64,000 nt of DNA from Candidatus Hodarchaeota archaeon (GCA_048887225.1 JBHLJY010000012.1:1-64000); one strand, 5' to 3'. Positions 19,843 through 29,651 are shown, numbered from the stretch's first letter. The notes: a model not told the origin generated them from the sequence alone. Numbers and translations are program-made.

Positions 19843-21918
19843 TTACACTTCCGCAGAATCTTTTACTAATCCAATACTACGATCTGAATCATACTTCTTC
19901 TCATCTATAATGAGAATTTCTTCTACTTCTAATTTCTGAATGTTGATCATAGCTCCGAGTTGATTATTTGTAAAATGGTTTTGAATTAATGCTCCAGAGG
20001 GACACGCAGCAACACAAGTTCCGCATCCTTTACAGAGTGCAGGGTTTAGAACGGCAATCTTTTTGAATATATCAAAATCAATCGCACCAAAGGGACATAG
20101 AGATTGACAACTCTTACATCCTGAACAAATATGATCAAGGACATTTGTGTAGAATGGTTCTATTTCGAATTCCCTATTTGCCATTAATACAGATGCGCTA
20201 GAAGCTGCGCCTTTCGCTTGAGCAACTGTATCAGGAATATCCTTTGGACCTTGAGCAACTCCAGCAACAAATATTCCATTCGTTAAGGTATCTACCGGTT
20301 TTAATTTTGGATGAGCTTCCATGAAAAATCCGTTCGAAGATCTCTGAATATTAAACATTTGAGAAACCTTATTGGCATCCGCTCTTGCTTCTAAAGCGGT
20401 AGATAAAATTAACAATTCTACCTTTACTTCAATTAAATGTTGGTATAATGTATCTTCAGCTCTAATAATTATATTATGATCTTCATCTTCGCTAACTTCA
20501 GCAATTTTTCCTCTAATGTAATTAATACCATACTCTCTTGCAGCAGATTCGTAGAATTCTTCGTAGTCTTTACCGAACGCTCGGAGGTCGATATAAAAAA
20601 TATATATTTCAGCCTCTGGATGTTTCTCTTTATATTGTCTAGCTTGCTTTGTCGCATACATACAACAAACTCTAGAACAATATTTATGACCTCCTTCTCT
20701 GAAATTTCTACTGCCCACGCATTGGAGGAATGCAATACTATGGGGAGCTTTGAGATCAGAAGGTCTGACTGGTTTTCCTAATGTTGGACCATACGAACTT
20801 AATAAACGTTCCATTTGAAGTCCCGTGATTACGTTAGGACACGTGCCATATTTAAATTGTTCGAGTTCTGATGGATCAAATGAATCCCATCCAGTCGCAA
20901 TAATAATTGTTCCAACTTGAATATCTAAATATTCAGGTTTTTCATTAAAATTAATGGCTTGAGCTTCGCAAACATTAAGCTTCGCGCAAATCCCACATTG
21001 AATGCATTTTTCCATATCAATTGTGTACTTTCCCGGTACCGCTTGTGGAAATGGTATATAAATGGCTTTCCTTGTACCCATGCCTAATTCAAATTCATTT
21101 CCACAGATTATGGGACAAGTATCAACACAAGCACCACAAGCATTACATTTTTCTTGATCAACGTAATGCGGTTTTTTCTTTATGGTAATATTAAAATTTC
21201 CCACATATCCTGCCACATCCACAACCTCAGAATAGGCCATTACTTCAATATTTTCATTTCTTGCTACATCAACCATTCTAGGGGTTAATATACAAGCAGA
21301 ACAATCCATTGTAGGGAATGTTTTATCTAATTGGGTCATATGACCTCCTATTGTAGGACTTCTCTCAACTAAATAAACTTTATAACCTTCATCAGCAAGA
21401 TCTAAAGCAGCATTCATACCTGCAATTCCGCCACCTACAACTAAACACGCAGGGTTTACTTTTACCTTTGTTACCTCTAAAGGTTCCAATTCTCTTGCCT
21501 TCGCAACTGCCATATTGATATGATCTTTTGCTATCTCATAGGCGCCTTTAGGATCTTTCATATTAACCCAAGAAGCATGTTCTCTGATATTTGCCATTTC
21601 AAATAAAAACTGGTTTAAACCGGCTTCTTCACATGTTCGTCTGAAAGTAGGTTCATGCATCCTTGGTGAACAAGCAGCAACAACAACTCGATTAATAAAA
21701 CCAGCCTCAATATCTTTTTTAATTAGTTCTTGTCCAATATCACTACACATGAATTTATATTCTTGTGCTAAAATAACGTCAGGAAGGCTTAATGCATAAT
21801 CTTTTAGTTTGAATAGATCTATCACTCCAGCAATATTAATACCACAATGACAAATATAAACACCGATTTTAGGTTTTTCCTTATTGCTAATTTCTATTTT
21901 TTCCTTAATTTCTGTCAA
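19843..21918 (-). CDS. hdrA: Heterodisulfide reductase subunit A (Cys form)
   Basis: Same motif set as 13718-15706. Confidence 0.95.
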   Translation of the reverse strand: MTEIKEKIEISNKEKPKIGVYICHCGINIAGVIDLFKLKDYALSLPDVILAQEYKFMCSDIGQELIKKDIEAGFINRVVVAACSPRMHEPTFRRTCEEAGLNQFLFEMANIREHASWVNMKDPKGAYEIAKDHINMAVAKARELEPLEVTKVKVNPACLVVGGGIAGMNAALDLADEGYKVYLVERSPTIGGHMTQLDKTFPTMDCSACILTPRMVDVARNENIEVMAYSEVVDVAGYVGNFNITIKKKPHYVDQEKCNACGACVDTCPIICGNEFELGMGTRKAIYIPFPQAVPGKYTIDMEKCIQCGICAKLNVCEAQAINFNEKPEYLDIQVGTIIIATGWDSFDPSELEQFKYGTCPNVITGLQMERLLSSYGPTLGKPVRPSDLKAPHSIAFLQCVGSRNFREGGHKYCSRVCCMYATKQARQYKEKHPEAEIYIFYIDLRAFGKDYEEFYESAAREYGINYIRGKIAEVSEDEDHNIIIRAEDTLYQHLIEVKVELLILSTALEARADANKVSQMFNIQRSSNGFFMEAHPKLKPVDTLTNGIFVAGVAQGPKDIPDTVAQAKGAASSASVLMANREFEIEPFYTNVLDHICSGCKSCQSLCPFGAIDFDIFKKIAVLNPALCKGCGTCVAACPSGALIQNHFTNNQLGAMINIQKLEVEEILIIDEKKYDSDRSIGLVKDSAEV
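21578..21672. repeat. 95-nt exact repeat, copy 2 (in second hdrA)
   Basis: Identical to 15387-15481. Confidence 0.85.
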
Positions 21919-21930
21919 ATCTTATCACTC

Positions 21931-22881
21931 CTAAATTAATTGCTCTTTTACGATATTTACGAATGGTTCGATGGACATAAAAGGAGACACGTTCTTTAAA
22001 TCATGTGTTTTTTCTAATCCTAATCTAATTGGATTTAGTCCCATTGAAACTCCAAATAATTGAGTAATATATATAACAGGGATTTTAAATGGTTCTCCAA
22101 TCTCATCTTTAAATAAGTTATTTACTTCAACTTGCCCCAAATCAAATTGTAAATGACAGAACGGGCAGCAATCTACGATAATATCTGCGCCTGCATCTCT
22201 CATATTCGTTAACTTTTCGCGCGTAAAATCTGCTGCAATCTCTTTAATCGCACTTCTTACTGCGCCACCCGCACCGCAACACATAAATTTATCCTTGTAG
22301 AATATGCTTTTCGCACCAGTTAATTCAACAAGTTCATCAAGGAATTTTGGGATATTAGCTTTACAGTTCCAAGGTCTTTTATCGGAAGGTTTAACAATAT
22401 GGCACCCATAATGAACTGCAACCTTTAAATCTTTAAATTTATATTTAATATGATCCTCAACATAGTCCTTACCCATATCTAAGTATAATGCCTGAACAAT
22501 ATGTTTAGGCTCTTGACTACCCTTAAACTCACGACCAACTTTAGCAAGAAGCTCATTTACTTGTTTCTTTTTTTTAAGATCGTGTTGAAATTCATACCAT
22601 GCATCTCTTAAACTACCATAACAGCCATTACATCCTGTAATAGGATCAACCCCCAATTCTTCTGCAATTGATAAATTTCTCGCTGCCATTAATTCCCATG
22701 TAGGAATATGAAATGCTCGAAACACTCCAGGTGCGGGACAACACGACGCCCCCTTTATTTCTAATAATTCCGCTCCAAGCTCACAGAATACATCTCTTAT
22801 ACTTGTTGAAATCATAGGGTATCTGTTGGGTATTATACATCCTAAAAAAAATCCATACCTAAATTTTCTTTCTAATATCAT
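21931..22881 (-). CDS. hdrB: Heterodisulfide reductase subunit B (intronless paralogue)
   Basis: FLGCIIPNRYP, CCPAPG, HYGCH, CCGAGG and CPFC motifs. Confidence 0.94.
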   Translation of the reverse strand: MILERKFRYGFFLGCIIPNRYPMISTSIRDVFCELGAELLEIKGASCCPAPGVFRAFHIPTWELMAARNLSIAEELGVDPITGCNGCYGSLRDAWYEFQHDLKKKKQVNELLAKVGREFKGSQEPKHIVQALYLDMGKDYVEDHIKYKFKDLKVAVHYGCHIVKPSDKRPWNCKANIPKFLDELVELTGAKSIFYKDKFMCCGAGGAVRSAIKEIAADFTREKLTNMRDAGADIIVDCCPFCHLQFDLGQVEVNNLFKDEIGEPFKIPVIYITQLFGVSMGLNPIRLGLEKTHDLKNVSPFMSIEPFVNIVKEQLI

Positions 22882-22922
22882 TATTTCAACCCAAATATTA
22901 ATATAGAAATATAAAATAAAAT

Positions 22923-23504
22923 TTAAGCAACCATTATTTCCACTTCTTTTAATCTCTTGATTTTGTCTAATAACTCTTTAAAACCACTTAATTTCATGAG
23001 AGTTTGACATTCCTCAAGTTCTTTCGGAAATGAATGAATTGTAGGTGGTAAAGCAGGTAACCCTAATGATTCTCGTAAATCTCTCCAATTTTTATGAGCT
23101 GGAGCATTTACCGGTACTCCATGACCTGTTTCATAGAATAATGCGGATAAATTAAAATGTGATTCTAAAAGGTCACCTTCCTCCACAGCAATATTTCTTA
23201 ACTTTATTATTATGTCCGTAATTGGAATATTTCTTGGACAGCGTTCATAGCACGTATAACAAGTTGAACAAAACCAGATTTTAATATCTTTTAGAACGCT
23301 CTCATCACCTAATAAGGCTCTTCTAACTACAGAACGCGTACTCATAGCAGTTCTTCTACCTGATGGACACCCCCCCGAACATGTCCCGCAGTTTATGCAT
23401 GAGCGTATTTGCTCTAAACCAGCATCTACAAATTTCTGCGTAATTTTTGAATTAATTGTGTTGTATATCTTACGTATAATGTACTTCTCTACATTATCGC
23501 TCAT
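22923..23504 (-). CDS. hdrC: Heterodisulfide reductase subunit C
   Basis: CINCGTCSGGCPSGRRT, WFCSTCYTCYERCPR and GHGVP motifs. Confidence 0.94.
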   Translation of the reverse strand: MSDNVEKYIIRKIYNTINSKITQKFVDAGLEQIRSCINCGTCSGGCPSGRRTAMSTRSVVRRALLGDESVLKDIKIWFCSTCYTCYERCPRNIPITDIIIKLRNIAVEEGDLLESHFNLSALFYETGHGVPVNAPAHKNWRDLRESLGLPALPPTIHSFPKELEECQTLMKLSGFKELLDKIKRLKEVEIMVA

Positions 23505-23554
23505 TTATACCTAAATCGCTCCTGTTATTAGTTCAATAACGATTAGTTTTATCA

Positions 23555-23722
23555 TTATGGTAAAATCCAATCGTTTGCATTAATTAAATCAAGCTCATTT
23601 TTCTTTTTTTCCTCTACTTCTTCTTTTTCATCTTCATCTTTAAAGATCAAATGGATTTTTGAACCACATAGAGGACAAACTTCATATTCTTCATTTTTTA
23701 TAATTTTTTTTGAAATTAACAA
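23555..23722 (-). CDS. Small CPxCG protein (55 aa), not in ORF track
   Basis: GGAGTGA RBS, TTG start, LISKKIIKNEEYEVCPLCGSKIHL followed by an acidic tract; leads the hdrCBA operon. Confidence 0.6.
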   Translation of the reverse strand: MLISKKIIKNEEYEVCPLCGSKIHLIFKDEDEKEEVEEKKKNELDLINANDWILP

Positions 23723-23790
23723 TTATTTCACTCCTTTTTTTTCTTTAATTTTGTTTTATTTTTTTGTAAAAAACTAATTTTGATTTTTTT

Positions 23791-24229
23791 TTTCGATCAT
23801 TTTCTTCATATTTCTCTATAATTATAATATTAATTATGATTAATAAATGTTTTGATTACGGCATCGGACTACTAAATACATAAATGATGAGTCTGAGATT
23901 GATCAGAAAATGAATTCTAATTAAATTGATTATCACTCTTGATCATTTTTGTTTATAAAAGAAATAAAAAAGTAAATGTGATCTTTAAAAGCAATGACTC
24001 AAAACCAAAATTGTGATCTACGTTAAAAATTTGAGTAATTTTTAACTTAATTTAAATAAAAGTTAAATAATTATTATTTTGAGACATTGTTTTTTTTGAT
24101 CACATAAATATGATTAATATTTGTCATTAGGGATATGATCGAAAAAGTACATAATAATATGAATAAAGCATGATTATTACTGATCCCGATATCTAACCTC
24201 ACAAAAGCGATCACTCAATATCGAAGATC
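23791..24229. promoter_or_regulatory. Divergent promoter region with ten GATC sites (two are TGATCGAAA)
   Basis: GATC at 23795, 23901, 23941, 23980, 24015, 24098, 24137, 24182, 24209 and 24226 in very AT-rich DNA. Confidence 0.5.
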
Positions 24230-24334
24230 GCAACACTTTTATATCAGAAATCATATACAATTATTGGAATTGAACTTAAAAATTTATCATTTCCAAAATA
24301 TAAAAAAAATAAATATTAAGAAAGGTGGATTAAA

Positions 24335-24937
24335 ATAGAAGATCTGGTATTTGATAAGTTTATTGGTAATCATGTTTCAATATATTTAATGAGAAATCAT
24401 GAAGTTGATGTTCAGCGTAAAGATGTTAGGATCTTTATGGACTATATCAATCATATCCCGATCGACTTTGTGTTAATAGATTCTGGTAGCGATCCAGTTG
24501 AAAATTTTAATCATAGCTCTTATGCAAAAGTATTAGAAGCCTTAGAGATTCCATATTTTATAATAAATTTGCCCGATCATATAAAAGATCACTATTCAAA
24601 AGCGCTTGGTGAAATTAATTACAAACTTGAAGAATTGACATCATGCTATTCTGGGTTAAAAGATAAAAGCACTCCTGAAGCCCAAGAATTAAAATTTCTA
24701 ATAGATAGATATACGAAAGACATCCAGGAAACAGAGAAATATCTCAATTTTAAATATAGACCTCAGGCCATAATTAAAAAAATTCTAAGTATTGTAAGGA
24801 ATCGAGGAGAAGAAATCACTTTTGCCCATATCGGTGATCAGAAGACTTTTCCAAGCATAATGAAACTTTTAAAAGACAATGATATAAAATCTAATGTACT
24901 ATTTGTACATAAAGCACCGACAACAGGATTGATTTAA
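24335..24937 (+). CDS. Uncharacterised protein, paralogue of 28392-29033 and of the N-domain of 26707-28404; probable ATA start
   Basis: Shared LE.LEIPY....P motif, coiled coil and RP..I.KKI...F.H; homology extends to ATA 24335 behind a GGTGG RBS (first ATG at 24389). Confidence 0.75.
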   Translation: MEDLVFDKFIGNHVSIYLMRNHEVDVQRKDVRIFMDYINHIPIDFVLIDSGSDPVENFNHSSYAKVLEALEIPYFIINLPDHIKDHYSKALGEINYKLEELTSCYSGLKDKSTPEAQELKFLIDRYTKDIQETEKYLNFKYRPQAIIKKILSIVRNRGEEITFAHIGDQKTFPSIMKLLKDNDIKSNVLFVHKAPTTGLI

Positions 24938-25033
24938 AATAATTGAGGATACATTAAATTTAATAATAATTTTTGAGATTTTAGGAAGCAAATCAATTAT
25001 TAGGGATATTATAAGAATTTCCATAATTTTGGA

Positions 25034-26590
25034 GTGAATAGTATGCAAGAAAAATTAAACAATTTTCAATATGATTTGGCTGTTATAGGTGCTGGACCAG
25101 GGGGTTATCCCGCTGCAATAAGAGCGGCTCAATACGGAGCAAAAGTTGCATTAATTGAAAAAGACAAATTGGGGGGTACATGTTTAAATAGAGGTTGTAT
25201 TCCTACAAAAGCACTTCTTGCGTCTGCAAATCTTATAGAAAAAATTAAGCACTCCGAGGAATTTGGAGTAGAAATAAAAAATTTTAAAGCAGATTTCATT
25301 AAAGTTGTTGAGCGAAAAAATAAAATTGTCCAAGAGCTATGTGATGGTATAGGAGGTTTACAGAAAGCTTGGAAAAATGATGTTTTTATGGGCCATGGAA
25401 AAATAATTGGAGGCGATGCAGACTCTGGATTTAAAATCTTAATTATAGGAGAAGATGAGAAAATTATTGAAGCAAAAAGGATAATTATAGCTACGGGCTC
25501 ATCTCCTGCTTTAATACAAAATTTCAATGTCGATCATAAGAGAATTATAACGAGTGATGATATCTTAGATCCTAATTTTAAAACTATACCAGAGCGTTTA
25601 TTAATTATTGGTGCTGGAGTAATTGGTTGTGAGTTTGCGGAAATATTTGCCAATTTTGGGAGTAAGGTAACTATGTTAGAGATGCTTCCCACTCCTCTTG
25701 CGACAGAGGAACCGATAATTATCAAGCAACTAGAAAAAAAATTCAAAACCCTGGGAATTAAGATATTTACTTCTGAGAGAGTATTATCTATTGAAAGAAT
25801 AGATTCCGGAGTTAGAGCAATTACTTGTGACGTATCTACTCCTGAAGATCAAATTGAGGATGTGGAAAAAACTTTCTTTGAGGCTGATCTATGTCTGATT
25901 TCTATAGGGAGAAAGAAGGAAACTGATAATTTAGTAGAAAAAGAAATTGGAGTGAATTTTAAAAGAGGAGCTATTGAAGTGGACCGTTCTACATTAGAAA
26001 CATCTGTGAAAGGAATATATGCAATCGGAGATGTGACTGGAGGTATGATGCTTGCTCATGTTGCAACTTATGAAGGATTTATCGCAGTAAAAAATGCATT
26101 ATCTAGTTTAGATAACTTCCAGATTAGTCCTCAAAACGCAAGTTATAGAGTTGTTCCTGCTACAATATTTACTCATCCTAATATTGCCTCGGTGGGGCTT
26201 AAAAGAAAACAAGCAAAAAATTTAGGAATAGAAACATTAGTAGGGCAGTTTCCATATCAATCTCTTGGAAAAGCAAAATGTATGGGGGAGGAAGGGCTTT
26301 TAATTATTTTAGCTGATAAAAACACCCTTCAAATTATTGGTGCTTCATGTATCGGTGAGGGGGCTCCAGAATTAATTTCGGAAATTACCCTCGCGATGCA
26401 AAATGGTTTAACTATTGAAGATATTTCATCTACGATACATAGCCATCCAACATTATCAGAAATGGTATTAGAAGCTGCTGAAGCAGTTGTAGGAAAATCT
26501 ATTCATAAAAAAGGTCGTCCAATATTACCTAGTATCCGAGAATTGTTGATAGGACCATTAATTTATGAAATAGAGAACTTATCATCTTAA
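25034..26590 (+). CDS. lpdA: Dihydrolipoamide dehydrogenase
   Basis: GAGPGGY, GGTCLNRGCIP, GAGVIG.E and HPTLSE motifs. Confidence 0.93.
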   Translation: MNSMQEKLNNFQYDLAVIGAGPGGYPAAIRAAQYGAKVALIEKDKLGGTCLNRGCIPTKALLASANLIEKIKHSEEFGVEIKNFKADFIKVVERKNKIVQELCDGIGGLQKAWKNDVFMGHGKIIGGDADSGFKILIIGEDEKIIEAKRIIIATGSSPALIQNFNVDHKRIITSDDILDPNFKTIPERLLIIGAGVIGCEFAEIFANFGSKVTMLEMLPTPLATEEPIIIKQLEKKFKTLGIKIFTSERVLSIERIDSGVRAITCDVSTPEDQIEDVEKTFFEADLCLISIGRKKETDNLVEKEIGVNFKRGAIEVDRSTLETSVKGIYAIGDVTGGMMLAHVATYEGFIAVKNALSSLDNFQISPQNASYRVVPATIFTHPNIASVGLKRKQAKNLGIETLVGQFPYQSLGKAKCMGEEGLLIILADKNTLQIIGASCIGEGAPELISEITLAMQNGLTIEDISSTIHSHPTLSEMVLEAAEAVVGKSIHKKGRPILPSIRELLIGPLIYEIENLSS

Positions 26591-26599
26591 CTTATAACC

Positions 26600-26640
26600 T
26601 TTAATTTAATTTTTTTCCTTTTTTTTTTAAAAAAAAAGAG
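26600..26640. terminator. Possible bidirectional oligo-T terminator between convergent genes
   Basis: Long T run followed directly by an A run. Confidence 0.4.
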
Positions 26641-26706
26641 AAGAGGAATTTTAGTTAATAATTAAAATGTCGCACGCTTCATCTTTCCATTACTGTTTTA
26701 ATGGCT

Positions 26707-28404
26707 TTATTCTGAGATAAATTGTAAAATTTCTACTTTTTTTCCGAATAATATCTTCTTCGCAATATCAAAAGCATAATTATAGTCAAATATTTTTTTG
26801 CCTTTTGTATTTGCAGCCTCTTTTAGAATTGACGCCTCAATATTAGATTTGAGATGTCCTAAAACTAATGCTCCTAAGCCATAAATTTCAGGATAAATTT
26901 CTTTATTATTATCTTTAGGTTTTAGTCCTTTAATTCCATAAGGTGGAACCAAATTGATATCGACGATTAATTTTTTTCCTTCAAGATTAGCCATGATCTT
27001 TTCAGATAAAACTTCAACGCCAGCCCCTGCTAAAGACCAAATTATATCAGCATCTTTGACAATATTATATCTTTGCTCCTCTTTTGGAGCATAAATACCT
27101 TCTATAATTGTGGCATTTTTGCCAGCTTCTTGAGTTAATTCTTTTGTAAGTGTTTTAACATACTCCTCAGTTGATTTATCCCACGTCTCAATTATCAAAG
27201 TCTTACATTTGAGTCTTGCTGCTAAGATCGCAGCAATTTTCGCTACTGGTCCTGCTCCCATTATTAATACTTTTTTACCCTCTAAACTATCTATTCCATG
27301 TTCTTGTGCAATTTCCATGGTTTTTGCTACTATTGCAGAGGCAGTAGTATGAGACCCTCTAGGGTCTACTATAACAGGGCACTCAAATGGAGGAACCAAT
27401 GACTTCATTACTTTTTTCGCTATTTTCTCGGCTTCTTTAACTTTGGCACCCCCGATAAAGAACGTTGTAGGAGCTTTAGGTTTACGAGAAAAAATAGCAT
27501 CTTGAACTAATTTTGGAACTTGATCAGCTGTCATTTTGCTAATAGGTATAACTATATCAAATCCAGCATCATACGCCATGTTAATGTCAAATGGAGACGC
27601 ATTATCATCTGTATCAAAAAAATAACAAATTTTGTCTAAATCATCTTTTTTCTTCACTTTGATAGGGGTAATTTCAAGCATGGATTTATTTAAAAAATCT
27701 TCTAGTGAACTATTTCCTGAATTATTAGTGATTAATGCCGCTTTTTTAATTTTAATAATTTCAGTTTCAATACCCAACTCTTCAGCTAATTGATTAATAC
27801 CTTCAAAATGTCTTGAATCACATAAAAATAGAGCTTTTAATTTCTTATCTTCTTGCTCACTCCCAAAAGCTAATATTTTCATCATCATCCACGCTTCTCG
27901 AACTTTATATCTTACCTCATCTTCTCGTTCGTTATATTCTTGTTGTAAATATTCTTTCCATACAACTAAATTTTCGAGATTATAGTCATTTACAGGATTT
28001 GATAATTCATTCTTAATCATGTTTTTTATTTTAGTGGATATTTGCTTTAAAAGAGTTCTATGGCTATCTAAAGCAGCTGATAAATATCCCTCAGCATTTT
28101 CAGAAATGTCAACCTTTAGATAGGGTATATTCCTTTCTCTGAATAATGCTACTAATGGATCATCATCCGGGATAGTATCATCCCAGCGGCTTCCTTTTTC
28201 CTCAACTACAAAATTTGGTTCATATTTTTCTATAAGATCTTCGATGACTCTGAGATATTCCGTTGAAATTATCTGGAGATTCCATAATATATCGTGGTTC
28301 TCTTGGGCTGGAGCATCAAACCACCAATCTATGGGAAATTCACTCTCAACTAATATCAATGTTAAGGTTTTTTTCTTTAATGGTTTTAATTCTAAAACTT
28401 CCAT
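26707..28404 (-). CDS. NAD(P)-dependent methylene-H4MPT/H4F dehydrogenase (MtdA/MtdB-like) with an extra ~240-aa N-terminal domain
   Basis: SPFDINMAYDAGFD, QDAIFSR, FIGG, DPRGSHTTA, G.GPV and DINLVPPYGI motifs. Confidence 0.85.
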   Translation of the reverse strand: MEVLELKPLKKKTLTLILVESEFPIDWWFDAPAQENHDILWNLQIISTEYLRVIEDLIEKYEPNFVVEEKGSRWDDTIPDDDPLVALFRERNIPYLKVDISENAEGYLSAALDSHRTLLKQISTKIKNMIKNELSNPVNDYNLENLVVWKEYLQQEYNEREDEVRYKVREAWMMMKILAFGSEQEDKKLKALFLCDSRHFEGINQLAEELGIETEIIKIKKAALITNNSGNSSLEDFLNKSMLEITPIKVKKKDDLDKICYFFDTDDNASPFDINMAYDAGFDIVIPISKMTADQVPKLVQDAIFSRKPKAPTTFFIGGAKVKEAEKIAKKVMKSLVPPFECPVIVDPRGSHTTASAIVAKTMEIAQEHGIDSLEGKKVLIMGAGPVAKIAAILAARLKCKTLIIETWDKSTEEYVKTLTKELTQEAGKNATIIEGIYAPKEEQRYNIVKDADIIWSLAGAGVEVLSEKIMANLEGKKLIVDINLVPPYGIKGLKPKDNNKEIYPEIYGLGALVLGHLKSNIEASILKEAANTKGKKIFDYNYAFDIAKKILFGKKVEILQFISE

Positions 28405-29033
28405 AAATTTATTTCCTCCTGGCTTGTGATTATATTAAATTCTGTACCTTTTTCCATATCATTAAGAGCGATAACTTGCATATCTAAGTCTTTAAAAATT
28501 CTCGCTATTTTCATAAATATATCTTTTTTTGTAAAATGGACAAATAAAACTTTTTCAGACTTAACATTTCTTATAAGGTCTACGATTTTTTTAGCAATCC
28601 ACTTAGGTCTTACATATAACGAGAAAGTGCTCTTTTTTTCTTTTATCTCTTCTTCGATCAGATAGATCCAAGATTTTAAATTTTGTCCTTTAATAGATTC
28701 TGTGTCTTTCATTCTTAATAATTCTTCTATTAATTCAGATAACTGTTCTTCTATTTCTATGATTTCATATTCCAAATAACCCTTTGCATATTCAGGTATA
28801 TCTAATAGATAATAGGGTATTTCTAATTTTTCTAGTGATTTTCCTAATCTTGTGTTTAAAAATTCTCTAAAATTTTCACTTTCAACATCAATAGTTATGA
28901 ATTTTAACTCATTCGTGTTTAAATAATCAGTGAGACAATTTATTTTGTTTATTTCTATATCTACTTTAGGAACTGTAATTAAATAGACCGTGACATTTTT
29001 ATTGTTTATAGGTTTAATTTCTAATACTTCCAT
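28392..29033 (-). CDS. Uncharacterised protein (same family as the Mtd N-domain)
   Basis: Begins MEVLEIKP like the next gene (MEVLELKP); overlapping coupling. Confidence 0.8.
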   Translation of the reverse strand: MEVLEIKPINNKNVTVYLITVPKVDIEINKINCLTDYLNTNELKFITIDVESENFREFLNTRLGKSLEKLEIPYYLLDIPEYAKGYLEYEIIEIEEQLSELIEELLRMKDTESIKGQNLKSWIYLIEEEIKEKKSTFSLYVRPKWIAKKIVDLIRNVKSEKVLFVHFTKKDIFMKIARIFKDLDMQVIALNDMEKGTEFNIITSQEEINLWKF

Positions 29034-29377
29034 ATTAATTTATACCACCTCTCAGATATTTTTATAAATCTATTTAATTCTATGTGAATAGTCAAAAGAC
29101 TTGAATATAAAAAATTTGATAAGAAAAATTTTTGTCTTTTTGACAATCCTTCTTGTCATTCATCAATTTTTAGCAAAATAAGTTATCAGTAGGATTACTA
29201 ATTCTTAATTGAATTATAAATCAGGTTAAGAATGGTTATATTTATGCTATGAAAATTTTTTTTGTCAAAATTTTTGAAAGAAAATTAAAATATTTCTACA
29301 AAGAAAAGAATTTTATTTATTAAAACTTAAATTTTTTTCGATATAGTAATGAATACAATACATTTCGTATTATAAAT

Positions 29378-29575
29378 GATCTATACTGATCGATAATATG
29401 AATAATTTCGGCGTTATTATTAATCTAGATTGATCGCAAAATCAAATGATTTTGATCTTTTGACCGATTCTTGGAATTTAATTATGCTTTTAGATCAGCA
29501 AATGGAGAAATCAGTAGATTTAAATAGATTAATCGCTACTTTTTATATAGAAAAGCATAAAAATAATGATCGAAA
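29378..29575. promoter_or_regulatory. Promoter with TATA box (~29541-29550) and GATC/TGATCGA cluster
   Basis: Six GATC sites; TGATCGATA at 29387 and TGATCGAAA at 29567. Confidence 0.45.
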
Positions 29576-29651
29576 AAAAAAAATTAATTTATATAAATTC
29601 TTAAAATAAAAAAACCTGCAAAAAAAATCTTAAAAGGGGTATGATATATTG

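Noticed and set aside
23791-24229. CRISPR array or replication origin for the periodic GATC sites
   Set aside because: The repeat unit is only 4-7 nt; no cas or orc1/cdc6 genes and no ORB-like G-strings are nearby
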